The notes beneath the pieces were generated by a model. The model saw only the letters and a program-made list of their open reading frames with translations, made no database searches and was not told the DNA's origin. From Candidatus Kaiserbacteria bacterium (GTDB lineage Bacteria > Patescibacteriota > Minisyncoccia > Phycocordibacterales > UBA918), in NCBI GenBank assembly GCA_019634005.1, contig JAHQWD010000003.1:240539-304538 (forward strand): 64,000 nucleotides of DNA, given 5' to 3'. Positions 9,803-19,636 of this stretch are shown here, in pieces. Each line of letters begins with the position of its first letter. The stretch's first letter is position 1. Both the position numbers and the translations under genes were made by a program.

Positions 9803-12451
9803 TCACGCAGTACGATACTTAAAGAAAATCGTCTTTCCAAGCTCTATAACGAACATAGAGACAATACCGTAGAGTACTGCAGCGCTCATATCAACAAAGG
9901 AAAGCGGCTGATATGAGAGGAGGTACTGAAGGGGCGGCAACGTAATAGCAAGGATAAGAAGGAGGATACTCACTCCAAATGAGCCAAGGAAGAACTTATT
10001 GGTATAGAACGGTATGTGCCAGAATGGTGTATCCAATGATCTAAAGAGGAACGCGATGAAGAGCGAATCAACAGCAACACTGAGGAACATAATGCTTCGC
10101 ATACGCTCGACATCAAAGCCAAGATGATTGATAAAGAGATAGAATGCGACAAGGAGTGTGCTTAAGATCACCACGACAAGACCAATAAACTCCAACATCT
10201 CTTTTGTGATAATCCCCCGTTTGCGGATATGCTCTGGACGCATCTTCATTGCATTCTTATCTCCTGGTTCAAAGGAGAATGCGACACTCATGAATCCTTC
10301 TTCAATAATATTTGCCCACAAGATCTGTGCGGGAAGGAGTGGAATTGGCGCTCCAACTAACAGTGCCGTCCCAATGAGTGCCACCTCCGTGAGACTGGTA
10401 GAGAGGAGGTATGCAACAATTTTCCGTAGATTGGCAATGATTCGCCTTCCCTCTTCAATCGCCGCGTACATGATATCAAAACCATCATTAACCAAGATGA
10501 GGTCAGATGCTTCCTGCGCCACCTCTGTTCCGCTCCCCAGTGCCACACCAATATTCGCCTTCTGAAGTGCAGGAGCATCGTTTACCCCATCCCCCGTCAT
10601 CGCAACCACTTCATCGTGTTTCTGCAAGACCTCCGCAAGACGCAACTTCTGCTTTGGCAGGACTCTCGCAAACACTTTCACTGTTTGGAGGATGTCATAG
10701 AGTTCCTCGTCAGAGAACTCCGCGATATCTTTTCCCGTCATAACAATGTCATGCTCTCCCGCGATACCAACAGCACGTGCAATAGAGAGGGCTGTCTCTG
10801 GATTGTCTCCTGTCACAAGACGTACTTCCGCCCCTGCCTCTTGCACCCCTTTGATAGCACCATCAACTCCTTCACGAATTGGGTCATCAAAGACCAAAAG
10901 TCCCGCAAAGGTCAGATTTTTCATGATGTCGTCAGCATCTTCGGGAAGTTCTGGAGAGGAGACCGACCGATGCCCAACCGCAATGATACGCTTCCCTTCC
11001 TCCGTCAGTTTCTGTATCTGTTCTCTATAGAAAATCGATTCCTTCTCCCCAATGTCTGTTGCTGCCTCCAGTATGTATTCAGGTGCTCCATTTACACAGA
11101 GCTGGTATCCTTCTGTTCCATTCTTGCTAAAGATATTGATCCCCGCCGCAAACCTATTCTCTGAGGTAAACGCAAGGTATGCAGAACGTGTCCGCCTGAT
11201 CTCTTCGCTACTCTTTGCAACACCCATATCAAGCGCCTTCTCCAGAATGGCACGTTCCATTGGCTCTCCTCGGAGCGTGAAGTTATCGGTACCATTGCTG
11301 TCTTGCTCATCGATGTAGGCGTCAGAAGCAGAGAGTGCCGTGGTGAGTATATGTTTGGTAGTCTCTTCCTCCTCTCCCCCTTGATACACAATGTCTGTCA
11401 GGGTCATGTGTGCCTTTGTGAGCGTCCCTGTCTTATCGGTCAGAACAAATGTTGTTGATCCCAATGTCTCTGCCGCCAAGAGGTTTCGTACGAGTCCTCC
11501 ACGATTGAGGAGCGCCTCCATAGCAACCGCAAGTACAATGGTGACCGCAGCAGGAAGTCCTTCTGGAATGGAAGCAACCGCGATTGCAACCGAGGTCAGG
11601 AGCATGGTCTCAAGTGGTACATTGTGCAGTACTCCAATGGCAAAGATGACCGCAACCAACACGATGATGATATAGAACATCAGTCGCGATACCTTTTGCA
11701 TCTCCCTTTGGAGCGGGGTTACCTCATCCTCTATAGTGCTCAGTGACTCTGCAAGTTGCCCTACCTCTGTCTTGTCTCCTGTCGCAACGACCACACCTTG
11801 TCCATATCCATTAACGACAAACGTTCCTTTCCATCCCATGGAGTGACGTTCTGCAAACGGTGTACCTACACTGACTGGCGGGATATCCTTCCATACAGGA
11901 AGCCACTCCCCTGTCAGTGCCGCTTCGTTAAGCGTGAGATCACGGGTCTCGATAAACCGAATATCAGCAGGCACCTGCATACCGCTCTGCAATACCACGA
12001 TATCTCCTGGCACCAGCTCTGCGGCGGGAATCTCATGTCGTTTTCCATTTCGAAAGACAGTCGCTGTGTGAGACTGTGAAGCAGAGAGCTTTTCAAAAGC
12101 GCGTGATGCGCGCCCCTCTTGCAGTACGCCGATAACTACCGCGATTGCAAGAGCTATAGCGATAACCGTTGCGTCCACATATTCCTGCAACGAAAGTGTC
12201 ACGACAGCTGCAAGCAGAAGGATTACCGTAAGTGGGCTTCGCAACTGTTCAAAGATCTGACCAAACAGCGTCTTTCCCTTCTGCTCTGTAAACGCATTCG
12301 CGCCATGCTCCTTTCTTCGAAGAAGCACCATCTCTTCTGTGAGTCCATCCTCTGGCGTACGAAGACGGCTCCGCACTGTCTCTACAGGCAGTGCATGATA
12401 TGGAACTACTTCTTCATGTGGATGCGTGACATCCTGCTTCGTCGTTTGCAT
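9803..12451 (-). CDS. P-type IIA cation (Ca2+)-transporting ATPase
   Basis: LTGE, IPEGLP, DKTGTLT, TGD, MTGDGVNDAPAL. Confidence 0.95.
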   Translation of the reverse strand: MQTTKQDVTHPHEEVVPYHALPVETVRSRLRTPEDGLTEEMVLLRRKEHGANAFTEQKGKTLFGQIFEQLRSPLTVILLLAAVVTLSLQEYVDATVIAIALAIAVVIGVLQEGRASRAFEKLSASQSHTATVFRNGKRHEIPAAELVPGDIVVLQSGMQVPADIRFIETRDLTLNEAALTGEWLPVWKDIPPVSVGTPFAERHSMGWKGTFVVNGYGQGVVVATGDKTEVGQLAESLSTIEDEVTPLQREMQKVSRLMFYIIIVLVAVIFAIGVLHNVPLETMLLTSVAIAVASIPEGLPAAVTIVLAVAMEALLNRGGLVRNLLAAETLGSTTFVLTDKTGTLTKAHMTLTDIVYQGGEEEETTKHILTTALSASDAYIDEQDSNGTDNFTLRGEPMERAILEKALDMGVAKSSEEIRRTRSAYLAFTSENRFAAGINIFSKNGTEGYQLCVNGAPEYILEAATDIGEKESIFYREQIQKLTEEGKRIIAVGHRSVSSPELPEDADDIMKNLTFAGLLVFDDPIREGVDGAIKGVQEAGAEVRLVTGDNPETALSIARAVGIAGEHDIVMTGKDIAEFSDEELYDILQTVKVFARVLPKQKLRLAEVLQKHDEVVAMTGDGVNDAPALQKANIGVALGSGTEVAQEASDLILVNDGFDIMYAAIEEGRRIIANLRKIVAYLLSTSLTEVALIGTALLVGAPIPLLPAQILWANIIEEGFMSVAFSFEPGDKNAMKMRPEHIRKRGIITKEMLEFIGLVVVILSTLLVAFYLFINHLGFDVERMRSIMFLSVAVDSLFIAFLFRSLDTPFWHIPFYTNKFFLGSFGVSILLLILAITLPPLQYLLSYQPLSFVDMSAAVLYGIVSMFVIELGKTIFFKYRTA

Positions 12452-12487
12452 ACTTAGTGGTAGTATACCAACATAACGCTAAAAGAT

Positions 12488-12940
12488 ATGGAACTACATA
12501 CACAACTAAAGAACGAATTGAAAGAAGCACTCAAGGCAAAGGATACCGTGCGCCTTGGTGTTGTTCGCAATATTTTGACCGCAGCAACAAATGAGCTTGT
12601 GGCGACAGGAAAGACACCGCAGGACATGCTCGATGACGAAGGAGTACTCTCTGTCATCAAACGACTGGCAAAACAGCGTAAAGACTCTATCGAACAATAT
12701 GAATCCGCGGGACGCGATGAGCTTGCGCAGGTTGAGAAAGACGAGCTTGCTATCCTTGAGACCTATCTCCCTCAGATGATGTCTCTTGAAGAACTTGAGC
12801 CAATCGTCAAAGCAAAAATCGAGGAATTGGGTGTAGAAGACAAGAGCAAGATGGGACAACTTATTGGTTCCCTCATGGCAGATCTTAAAGGAAAAGCGGA
12901 CGGTGGAGATGTAAAGAGAGTTGTAGAGAAGCTACTCTAG
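12488..12940 (+). CDS. GatB/YqeY domain protein
   Basis: KQRKDSIEQY..AGR.ELA..E..E..IL..YLP; KADG. Confidence 0.93.
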   Translation: MELHTQLKNELKEALKAKDTVRLGVVRNILTAATNELVATGKTPQDMLDDEGVLSVIKRLAKQRKDSIEQYESAGRDELAQVEKDELAILETYLPQMMSLEELEPIVKAKIEELGVEDKSKMGQLIGSLMADLKGKADGGDVKRVVEKLL

Positions 12941-13002
12941 ACAAGAGATCTAGGTGTGTTATAATACTGGTGGGACGGACAACTTAACCATAGGTGTTCA
13001 AA

Positions 13003-13326
13003 ATGACTGAACAGAGTTTCTTTGAGAGATGGCAGTTTGATGAAGTGGTAGTCCGCTCAGGCCTTCAAGAAGGGCTTCTGAGGACTGTCGTTGATAAGAT
13101 TACGTCAAACTGTCTGTGCGTATATGGGAAAGTGTTGGGTTACGATACCATCCGAGATCAGGCCCTTCAGATGATACCTACCGAAAAACGGAGCATCTGC
13201 AGGAGTTTGGTTGACACGCTTCTGAGATCAAAACTCGGGGGCTGCAAGGAAGACTTCCGACCTGTCCATCATCGCACGAAACGCAACAAGAACATCCGCA
13301 GAGAAGGCCAACTAAGCCTCCTCTAG
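13003..13326 (+). CDS. Orphan hypothetical protein
   Basis: ORF with its own TGtTATAAT promoter and a terminator hairpin at 13339-13363. Confidence 0.5.
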   Translation: MTEQSFFERWQFDEVVVRSGLQEGLLRTVVDKITSNCLCVYGKVLGYDTIRDQALQMIPTEKRSICRSLVDTLLRSKLGGCKEDFRPVHHRTKRNKNIRREGQLSLL

Positions 13327-13371
13327 CCAGTACATTCAAGGGCCGTCACCAGTTGACGGCCCTGATTGTTT

Positions 13372-14007
13372 TTATACCTCCCGCGCATTTTTAATATCAA
13401 ACTCCCCCACCTTCGTTCGCCGAAGACTCTGCAATACCGCAGGATAGCCAAGCCGCTTTCCAAATTCTTCTCCCAATGAACGAATATATGTACCACTTCC
13501 GACTGCAAATCGGACTTGTACAACACATCTAGTACCAGAACAGGAGTGGCTGAGATACTCTGCCTCAGTCACTTCCATGTCTCGTATAGGAGCTTCCACT
13601 GTCTCCCCTTTCCGCGCACGTTTATACATCGGAACACCATCTTTTTTAATTGCAGAGTATAAAGAGACAGGAAGCGTCAGTGTCCCGACCATACTTTGTA
13701 ATGTCTCCTCTATCTCCTCCTTGGAGATTTCTGGCACATCCTTTTCTTCGAGCACTTCACCTTCCATATCTCCCGTACTTCGGCTCTCTCCGAGAAGAAT
13801 CTCGGTCACATATTCTTTCGGCAATTTTATATACTCTGTCAGTTTCTTTGTCCCTGTACCCACACCGATGATCATAAGACCTGAAGCACGTGGATCGAGC
13901 GTCCCTGCGTGTCCCATCTTTTTTATTCCGAGCTCCTTCCGTAATCTACGGATGACATCAAAAGAAGTGATGCCAACGGGTTTGTCTACTAACAGGATCT
14001 CCTCCAT
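13372..14007 (-). CDS. truB: tRNA pseudouridine(55) synthase
   Basis: KKMGHAGTLDP.ASG, YSAIK..G..MYK.AR, GTYIRSL. Confidence 0.96.
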   Translation of the reverse strand: MEEILLVDKPVGITSFDVIRRLRKELGIKKMGHAGTLDPRASGLMIIGVGTGTKKLTEYIKLPKEYVTEILLGESRSTGDMEGEVLEEKDVPEISKEEIEETLQSMVGTLTLPVSLYSAIKKDGVPMYKRARKGETVEAPIRDMEVTEAEYLSHSCSGTRCVVQVRFAVGSGTYIRSLGEEFGKRLGYPAVLQSLRRTKVGEFDIKNAREV

Positions 14008-14954
14008 TACACAAATTGCGCGAGCTTAAGGACAAAGAAACCAAAGAAGACAAGGAGCATCAGTCCTTCCCATCGCATGATACGGCGTGCTAGACCCGTC
14101 ACAAAGAGAATTGCTGAGGAAGCAAGGAGGATCATGAGCCCTAATTCCATAACCACAGTATCTGCAACAAGTGGTGTGATTAGTCCTGGAATGCCAATGA
14201 CCATCAAAATATTAAACGCATTGGAGCCAAAGATATTTCCAACTGCAAGCTCTGCCTCCCCCTCTCCAATAGAGCGGAGGGAGATAAAGAGTTCGGGAAG
14301 TGATGTACCGAGTGCGATACCAATAATAGAAACAAGGCCGACAGAGACATTTAAGAAGGTGGCAATATTCAGCACCATATCAACCGTATACTTTGCACCA
14401 AAGAGTACTGCAATGAGTCCAAGACCAATGTATAGGATAGACTTCCACTCCAGCCTCGGTCGACGACCACTTCGCACAAGATCCACATCGTCGACATGCT
14501 CTGCTTCCGAAAAGAGGTACCACATGTATGCCCCGAAGACACAGAGAAGGAAGAGTGCCTCAATACGATCTATCGTGCCATCGAAGACCACGGAGAGGAA
14601 AAGTGCCGTGGAAATGAAGAAGATCGGCAGTTCCGTCTTAATAAGGTCGCGCTTAATGACAATCGGACCACCGAGAAGTGCCAACACTCCAACCACCAAC
14701 AATATATTGGTGATATTGGAACCAACTACGTTTGCCACCACAATCTCTGTTGCTCCTGTCCAGGCAGCAGCGATCGAAGAAGCAAGCTCTGGAAGTGATG
14801 TTCCAAAACCTACAATAAGTACACCAATAGCGAACTTGGACATGCCTAGTACACTTCCTACCTGTTTTGCCCCTACCACAAAGAAATCCGCTCCACGGAT
14901 CAGCACAAAGAGCGCAATAGCAAGAAAGACAATCCAAACGGTGAACTCCAACAT
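14007..14954 (-). CDS. Ca2+/Na+ antiporter (YrbG/CaCA family)
   Basis: Two GTSLPEL and two GSN alpha-repeats. Confidence 0.94.
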   Translation of the reverse strand: MLEFTVWIVFLAIALFVLIRGADFFVVGAKQVGSVLGMSKFAIGVLIVGFGTSLPELASSIAAAWTGATEIVVANVVGSNITNILLVVGVLALLGGPIVIKRDLIKTELPIFFISTALFLSVVFDGTIDRIEALFLLCVFGAYMWYLFSEAEHVDDVDLVRSGRRPRLEWKSILYIGLGLIAVLFGAKYTVDMVLNIATFLNVSVGLVSIIGIALGTSLPELFISLRSIGEGEAELAVGNIFGSNAFNILMVIGIPGLITPLVADTVVMELGLMILLASSAILFVTGLARRIMRWEGLMLLVFFGFFVLKLAQFV

Positions 14955-14983
14955 TACTTTTTATTATACGGTACAGGCACTTT

Positions 14984-16660
14984 TTACGTATGAAGACTGT
15001 GGACGAGTCGTGCGAGTCTAATATCGTTATAGTCGTACTGCTCTCCCGTTGCTTCAAAGAGTGGTTTGAGCTTCTCTGCACTATGTTCCGCTATTGCTGC
15101 GGTTACATCACTGTAGAGCGTGTCCCAGTGTGTGGGAAGGAGATGTTCTACATCCTTCTTTTTAAGTACGCCATCCTCCGCAAGTTTTTCAAGGTGCCCC
15201 CAAATTGTCGTCGGTGCCATTTTTCTTTCTTTCGCAATAGTCTCAACAGATTTTTTCTCCTTGAGAAGATCTTTTGTCTCTTCGTAGGTACTTCCCGTGC
15301 TCATGCGAGACTTACGCACAGATACGTCCCCGTCCTTTGGTATTTTTCCACCAGATGCCTCAATAAAATTATGATGCATTTTCTCTATGTCCTCTTTATC
15401 CATATCTGCAAAAGCTTCCTCTGCTTGTTCAGACTCTATATGAAAACGTTCATCCATACGGATAATCTTTGGATCTACCATAAGCGCATTTGCATTGAGT
15501 CCCAAGACTTTCATACCTGAGAGTGTCCGTACACGAGAGAGTGCTACATACCCCTGTCCGTACGTGAATGCATTCCTGAGATCTATCTCCGCAGCATCAA
15601 GGGACATCCCTTGGCTCTTATGGATAGTGATTGCCCACGCAAGGCGGAGCGGTACCTGAGAGATCTCTGCGAGCACTTTGTTATCTTCTGAGACACTCCA
15701 CGACGCAGGCATAACTTTAATCTCCTTCCCTGTTCCTGTTTCAATGACCGGATATCCGTCTTCGGAATCAAATGAGACCACTCTTCCGAGTGTTCCGTTT
15801 ACATACCCCGCCTCAAAGTTATTCTTGGTGCACATAACCATAGCTTCTGTGCGAAGCTCTAACAATTCTGGCGAGAGGCAGTTCTTCTTGAGCCCTTCAA
15901 GAAGAGGTTTCGATCCCCTCCCTTCCATCTTGAAGGTCGCGGATTCTGTAGAGAGCTTCTTTAGCTCTGTCTCATTCATTGCATCGACATCCTTGTTGTG
16001 TGTGAAAAGACGTGTGGGCTCTATGTGCTCCTGTTCTATCTCTGTCTGTTCTCCAAGGAGTGTGTAGTGCTCCTCCTCAATTTCGTTTTTTCGGATAGAG
16101 GTGAGGAGTCCAAGAAGCATCTCGTCTTCCTGTCGATGTTGCTCAGTTATGTAACAGGTGAGAAAACGTGCCGCATTCCACGCGTTGGATTCAAACGCAA
16201 AGCGATGCATATCTCCCCGCCGTGCAATTGGCGGGAGCTGGAAAAAGTCTCCGACCAATACCGTCTGGAGACCGCCGAAAGGTTCGGTGTTTCCTCGTAC
16301 TACCTTGCACACCTTATCCACCATATCGAGGAGTCTTCCGTCGAGCATGGAAATTTCGTCGATGACGAGCACCTTCGTCTTCCGTACTCTTTTTACAATC
16401 TTTTCTTTATTTGCAATGGCGTCGAGATCATAGGCGGAGAGTTCATCTCGTGCGCCGATACCACTCCATGCATGGATGGTCATACCACCAATATGTGTCG
16501 CTGCAATACCTGTTGATGCAGTGACTGCAACACTGACGTCACAGGCTTCTAACCACTCAATATACTGATTCAATACATATGTTTTCCCTGCTCCAGGCTC
16601 TCCAGTTAAAAATACATTACCGCCTGTTTTCAAAATATCGAGTGCCTCAGATTGTGTCAT
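14984..16660 (-). CDS. PIF1-family SF1B helicase with C-terminal HTH
   Basis: GEPGAGKT, IDEISM, GDFFQLPP, LAWAITIHKSQGMSLD, GQGYVALSR; start 16660. Confidence 0.93.
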   Translation of the reverse strand: MTQSEALDILKTGGNVFLTGEPGAGKTYVLNQYIEWLEACDVSVAVTASTGIAATHIGGMTIHAWSGIGARDELSAYDLDAIANKEKIVKRVRKTKVLVIDEISMLDGRLLDMVDKVCKVVRGNTEPFGGLQTVLVGDFFQLPPIARRGDMHRFAFESNAWNAARFLTCYITEQHRQEDEMLLGLLTSIRKNEIEEEHYTLLGEQTEIEQEHIEPTRLFTHNKDVDAMNETELKKLSTESATFKMEGRGSKPLLEGLKKNCLSPELLELRTEAMVMCTKNNFEAGYVNGTLGRVVSFDSEDGYPVIETGTGKEIKVMPASWSVSEDNKVLAEISQVPLRLAWAITIHKSQGMSLDAAEIDLRNAFTYGQGYVALSRVRTLSGMKVLGLNANALMVDPKIIRMDERFHIESEQAEEAFADMDKEDIEKMHHNFIEASGGKIPKDGDVSVRKSRMSTGSTYEETKDLLKEKKSVETIAKERKMAPTTIWGHLEKLAEDGVLKKKDVEHLLPTHWDTLYSDVTAAIAEHSAEKLKPLFEATGEQYDYNDIRLARLVHSLHT

Positions 16661-16695
16661 GAGAGGTATTGTAGCATGAGGTAGAAATAACAGAG

Positions 16696-16730
16696 ATGCC
16701 CCAGACACGTTGTGTCTGGGGCATAAAAAA
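16696..16730 (-). terminator. Terminator of the orphan gene at 16750-17283
   Basis: ATGCCCCAGACAC-gtt-GTGTCTGGGGCAT plus A6 (T-tract on minus strand). Confidence 0.8.
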
Positions 16731-16749
16731 TGTACTTCCTCCCTGTTTG

Positions 16750-17283
16750 TTAGCTCCCTTGCGTCCATTCCTGGAACGCTTCGCCGACCGTCTTGAGAAC
16801 CAGGCGATAAAGCATCTCGTTTCGAGAGAATGCCGTAACGATCGAAATCTCGTCCTCCGCCATCCAGCCGGCCATGCGGGCAAGCGCCAGACAGAAGGCC
16901 TCATCGACAAGCTCCGGAAAGCCGGAGAAAGCTATGGCTGTGTCAGGAGCGGTACGAATACCGCCGCCCCATTGACCTTGGTCTGGATCACGGGTCTGCC
17001 AGCTTGAGGCCGCCACCTGATTTGCAAGGATACGCGTCGCCTTTTCTTGGGCAAGATGCTGGTATTTATCCGCCTTGGCTTCGTCTGGTTTGCCAAGCTG
17101 ATGAAGGCTGACCATCGGTTCGGAGGTCTGATACCCCTGAACCATAAGGCAGAGATACCCGCCTTTTTTGCCGTTACCATGCCTCTCTGCTACAGCAGTC
17201 ACCGAGGCTTCCGCAATGGAGAGAAGCGTCTCTGCATAGAGCCCTCCGCTCCTTGGCACAATTGCTTCAAGAACACTGTTCAT
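16750..17283 (-). CDS. Hypothetical protein, GlcG/HbpS-like pattern
   Basis: A.EKA.R...GGGI....AFSG....DE pattern; TTGACA-17-TATTGT promoter and AAGGA SD; GC-richer than neighbours. Confidence 0.55.
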   Translation of the reverse strand: MNSVLEAIVPRSGGLYAETLLSIAEASVTAVAERHGNGKKGGYLCLMVQGYQTSEPMVSLHQLGKPDEAKADKYQHLAQEKATRILANQVAASSWQTRDPDQGQWGGGIRTAPDTAIAFSGFPELVDEAFCLALARMAGWMAEDEISIVTAFSRNEMLYRLVLKTVGEAFQEWTQGS

Positions 17284-17367
17284 GAGTTGTTCCTTTTGTT
17301 GTGAATATTCAGACTCTGAACTGACTGCAAAGGACAATACTATATAGATGACGCTTTGTCAAAAGTC

Positions 17368-18015
17368 TTATCTTGGTACTTCTACCCCTCTATACGCCTC
17401 TTCAGTCACAATTACATGATCAAGTAACTCAATACCGAGAAGCTCTCCTACTTCCTTGAGATGTTCTGTTACCAGTTCATCATCTTCAGATGGTGTACAG
17501 TCTCCAGACGGATGATTATGTGCCACCACAATACCAACAGCACCGTGACGAAGTGCAGGTTCAAAGACTTCTCGAGGATGTACAAGACTTGCGGTCAGCG
17601 TACCTATAGAAATGGTCTCTCGGGCAATGAGCACACCACGAGAATTAACATAAAATGCAACAAAGTGTTCTCGTCGAGACTCTCGTATATCTTTACACTG
17701 TATAAATACCTCCTCTGGTGTGAGCACAATGTGTGGTCTTGTGGCATAGCGCCTCTTTCCTAATTCCAGAACGGCAAGTACCTTCCCCGCTTTTACCTCT
17801 CCAAGTCCTTTAATTTTTGAGAGTGTCTTAAGGTCTACAGATTCTTCTTGATCGACTCTCTTTAAGATCTTACGCGAGAGTTGTACAACATTTGTCCCCC
17901 TCATACCAGAGCCAAGGATGGTAGCAAGGAGTTCTTCATCGTTAAGTTTGCCAATACCATATCGTGCAAGTTTTTCACGTGGACGAGTATATTTAGGAGC
18001 GTCTTGTATTTTCAT
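17368..18015 (-). CDS. radC: RadC family JAB-domain protein
   Basis: RPREKL, HhH, VHPREVF, HNHPSG..PS.DD, LLDHVIV. Confidence 0.95.
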   Translation of the reverse strand: MKIQDAPKYTRPREKLARYGIGKLNDEELLATILGSGMRGTNVVQLSRKILKRVDQEESVDLKTLSKIKGLGEVKAGKVLAVLELGKRRYATRPHIVLTPEEVFIQCKDIRESRREHFVAFYVNSRGVLIARETISIGTLTASLVHPREVFEPALRHGAVGIVVAHNHPSGDCTPSEDDELVTEHLKEVGELLGIELLDHVIVTEEAYRGVEVPR

Positions 18016-18158
18016 AGTAAAAGAACATAGTTAATTGATAGTCTCAGCGTATCTGAAAGACTGGAGCGCAGAATTCTTTCTACCATATCACATTTGTGTT
18101 GACTCTCTGCTAAAAATAGAGCACCATACAGGCAGACGGACACGTTGAGGAGCTTAAC

Positions 18159-18599
18159 ATGAGCAACACGTCACCTTTCTCTGGAGACAGATGGGCTGGA
18201 AATCAGTCACAGTATCTTGGCGGTGAAGAGAGCTTCGCACTCGCCATCGCACTCCATCGCACGCTTGGGTGGTCTACCGTTGGTCTCTTCTCCGATGAGT
18301 CAACGATTTGCCATGCACTTGTGCGGGATTTCAGCGGGATGCATTTCGACATCCGAGGATACATTCCTTATGATGAAATCGGTAAGCCTTTCAGAATAAG
18401 GACGCAATCTTGCAACCTAAGGAGTGTCGACCCCAATGACCTTCTTAAGTCAAAGGGAGTCGACTCTGTGAAAATCGGAGGAGCGTTTCTTCTGGCCCAC
18501 GAGATTTGGCATGACCAACTTGATTGGCAAATACCAAAACTGGAGGCCAGAATATCCGCTTGGTTGTACGGGAAGAAGTTTCTTTGCAAGAGATCCTAA
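18159..18599 (+). CDS. Orphan hypothetical protein
   Basis: GAGGAG SD; terminator at 18607-18642. Confidence 0.6.
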   Translation: MSNTSPFSGDRWAGNQSQYLGGEESFALAIALHRTLGWSTVGLFSDESTICHALVRDFSGMHFDIRGYIPYDEIGKPFRIRTQSCNLRSVDPNDLLKSKGVDSVKIGGAFLLAHEIWHDQLDWQIPKLEARISAWLYGKKFLCKRS

Positions 18600-18701
18600 C
18601 AGACATTTGAGGCTTCGGTACCACCGAAGCCTCAACTTTTTTATATACAAGACAAACCTAAAAAAATTTGGTATAACAGGGCACGTTCGCAAGAACAAAA
18701 A

Positions 18702-18773
18702 GGTCCCATCGTCTAGCGGCTAGGACGCGGCCCTCTCACGGCCGAAACCGGGGTTCGATTCCCCGTGGGATCA
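18702..18773 (+). tRNA. tRNA-Glu (anticodon CTC), CCA not encoded
   Basis: Acceptor stem GGTCCCA/TGGGATC; anticodon arm CGGCC-CT-CTC-AC-GGCCG; T-loop TTCGATT. Confidence 0.96.
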
Positions 18774-18853
18774 CAGATTTTCAAGCCATATTCTGCACCG
18801 TATTTTCAGGCACCCTATAGGGTGTTCAGAACTGGTATACTTGAAGGATTACT

Positions 18854-19252
18854 ATGAAAGCAAAGAAACCAAAGGACAGTAGCGAATGGCGTGATACGTA
18901 CTACCATAAACTTTTTGGTCTAAAAGCTGCCAAAGAAGCAGCAAGGACGCTTCCTCTTTTTGAAAAGGAGAACCCTAAAGACAAAAGGCCTCGGAAGGCA
19001 ATCGAGAAGCTACGTTCGTGGGCTGAAGACGATAAACCATTGAGTATGAGAGAAGTAAGAAAACTGTCTCTTGACTCACACGCTGCTGCTCGTGAAGCAA
19101 AATCAGATGCCGCCCGATATGCAGCTAGAGCAGCCGGTCAAGCAATCGCGACGTGGCACATTCCCACGCACGCACTCGGTGCTTTTTCTTATGCTGCAAA
19201 AGCTCTATGTGCACAACAGAAGTACAGCAAACCTACTGCCCCAAAGAAGTAG
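18854..19252 (+). CDS. Imm5-like putative immunity protein
   Basis: LPLFE...P.D.RPR.AI...W...HAAAREA...AARAAGQA.AT.H..THA pattern. Confidence 0.7.
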   Translation: MKAKKPKDSSEWRDTYYHKLFGLKAAKEAARTLPLFEKENPKDKRPRKAIEKLRSWAEDDKPLSMREVRKLSLDSHAAAREAKSDAARYAARAAGQAIATWHIPTHALGAFSYAAKALCAQQKYSKPTAPKK

Positions 19253-19373
19253 CGAGGTTTGATAACTGTACTATCGACTGCTTGATGTATTCTCGCTCCT
19301 CATAAAGTTCTGAAAGCCACGCTATTGGGTCACCAACTAGAGAGCTGGTTCGAGCACTCCAGGAGGTTTAATT

Positions 19374-19607
19374 ATGAATAAAGACTTTGAAACAATGTGG
19401 GTGCTAAGAAAGGATGAAAATACTCATCAGTTAATCAAAGCGCATAGATTCAATCCAGACCTCCATCAAAAATTATTTTGGAGGAATTTCGTAAAAGAAA
19501 GTCGTGAGAGAATATCACAAGTGAAGATTGACATAAATAACCCTTGGTTGGTCGGCATAGGTGGTACTATATTTACAGTCTTACTCTCAATAATATTTCT
19601 CAGATAA
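19374..19607 (+). CDS. Small hypothetical protein with C-terminal TM
   Basis: AGGAGG SD; AT-rich; hydrophobic C-terminus. Confidence 0.55.
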   Translation: MNKDFETMWVLRKDENTHQLIKAHRFNPDLHQKLFWRNFVKESRERISQVKIDINNPWLVGIGGTIFTVLLSIIFLR

Positions 19608-19636
19608 GGTATCTATTGCTATAGTTCTTATATATA

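Noticed and set aside
14077..15021. 314-aa plus-strand ORF
   Set aside because: Antisense shadow of the Ca/Na antiporter; no motifs or start signals
17368..18015. radC as a marker of a mobile element
   Set aside because: Full-length chromosomal-type RadC with an HhH region and host-like composition, upstream of the tRNA
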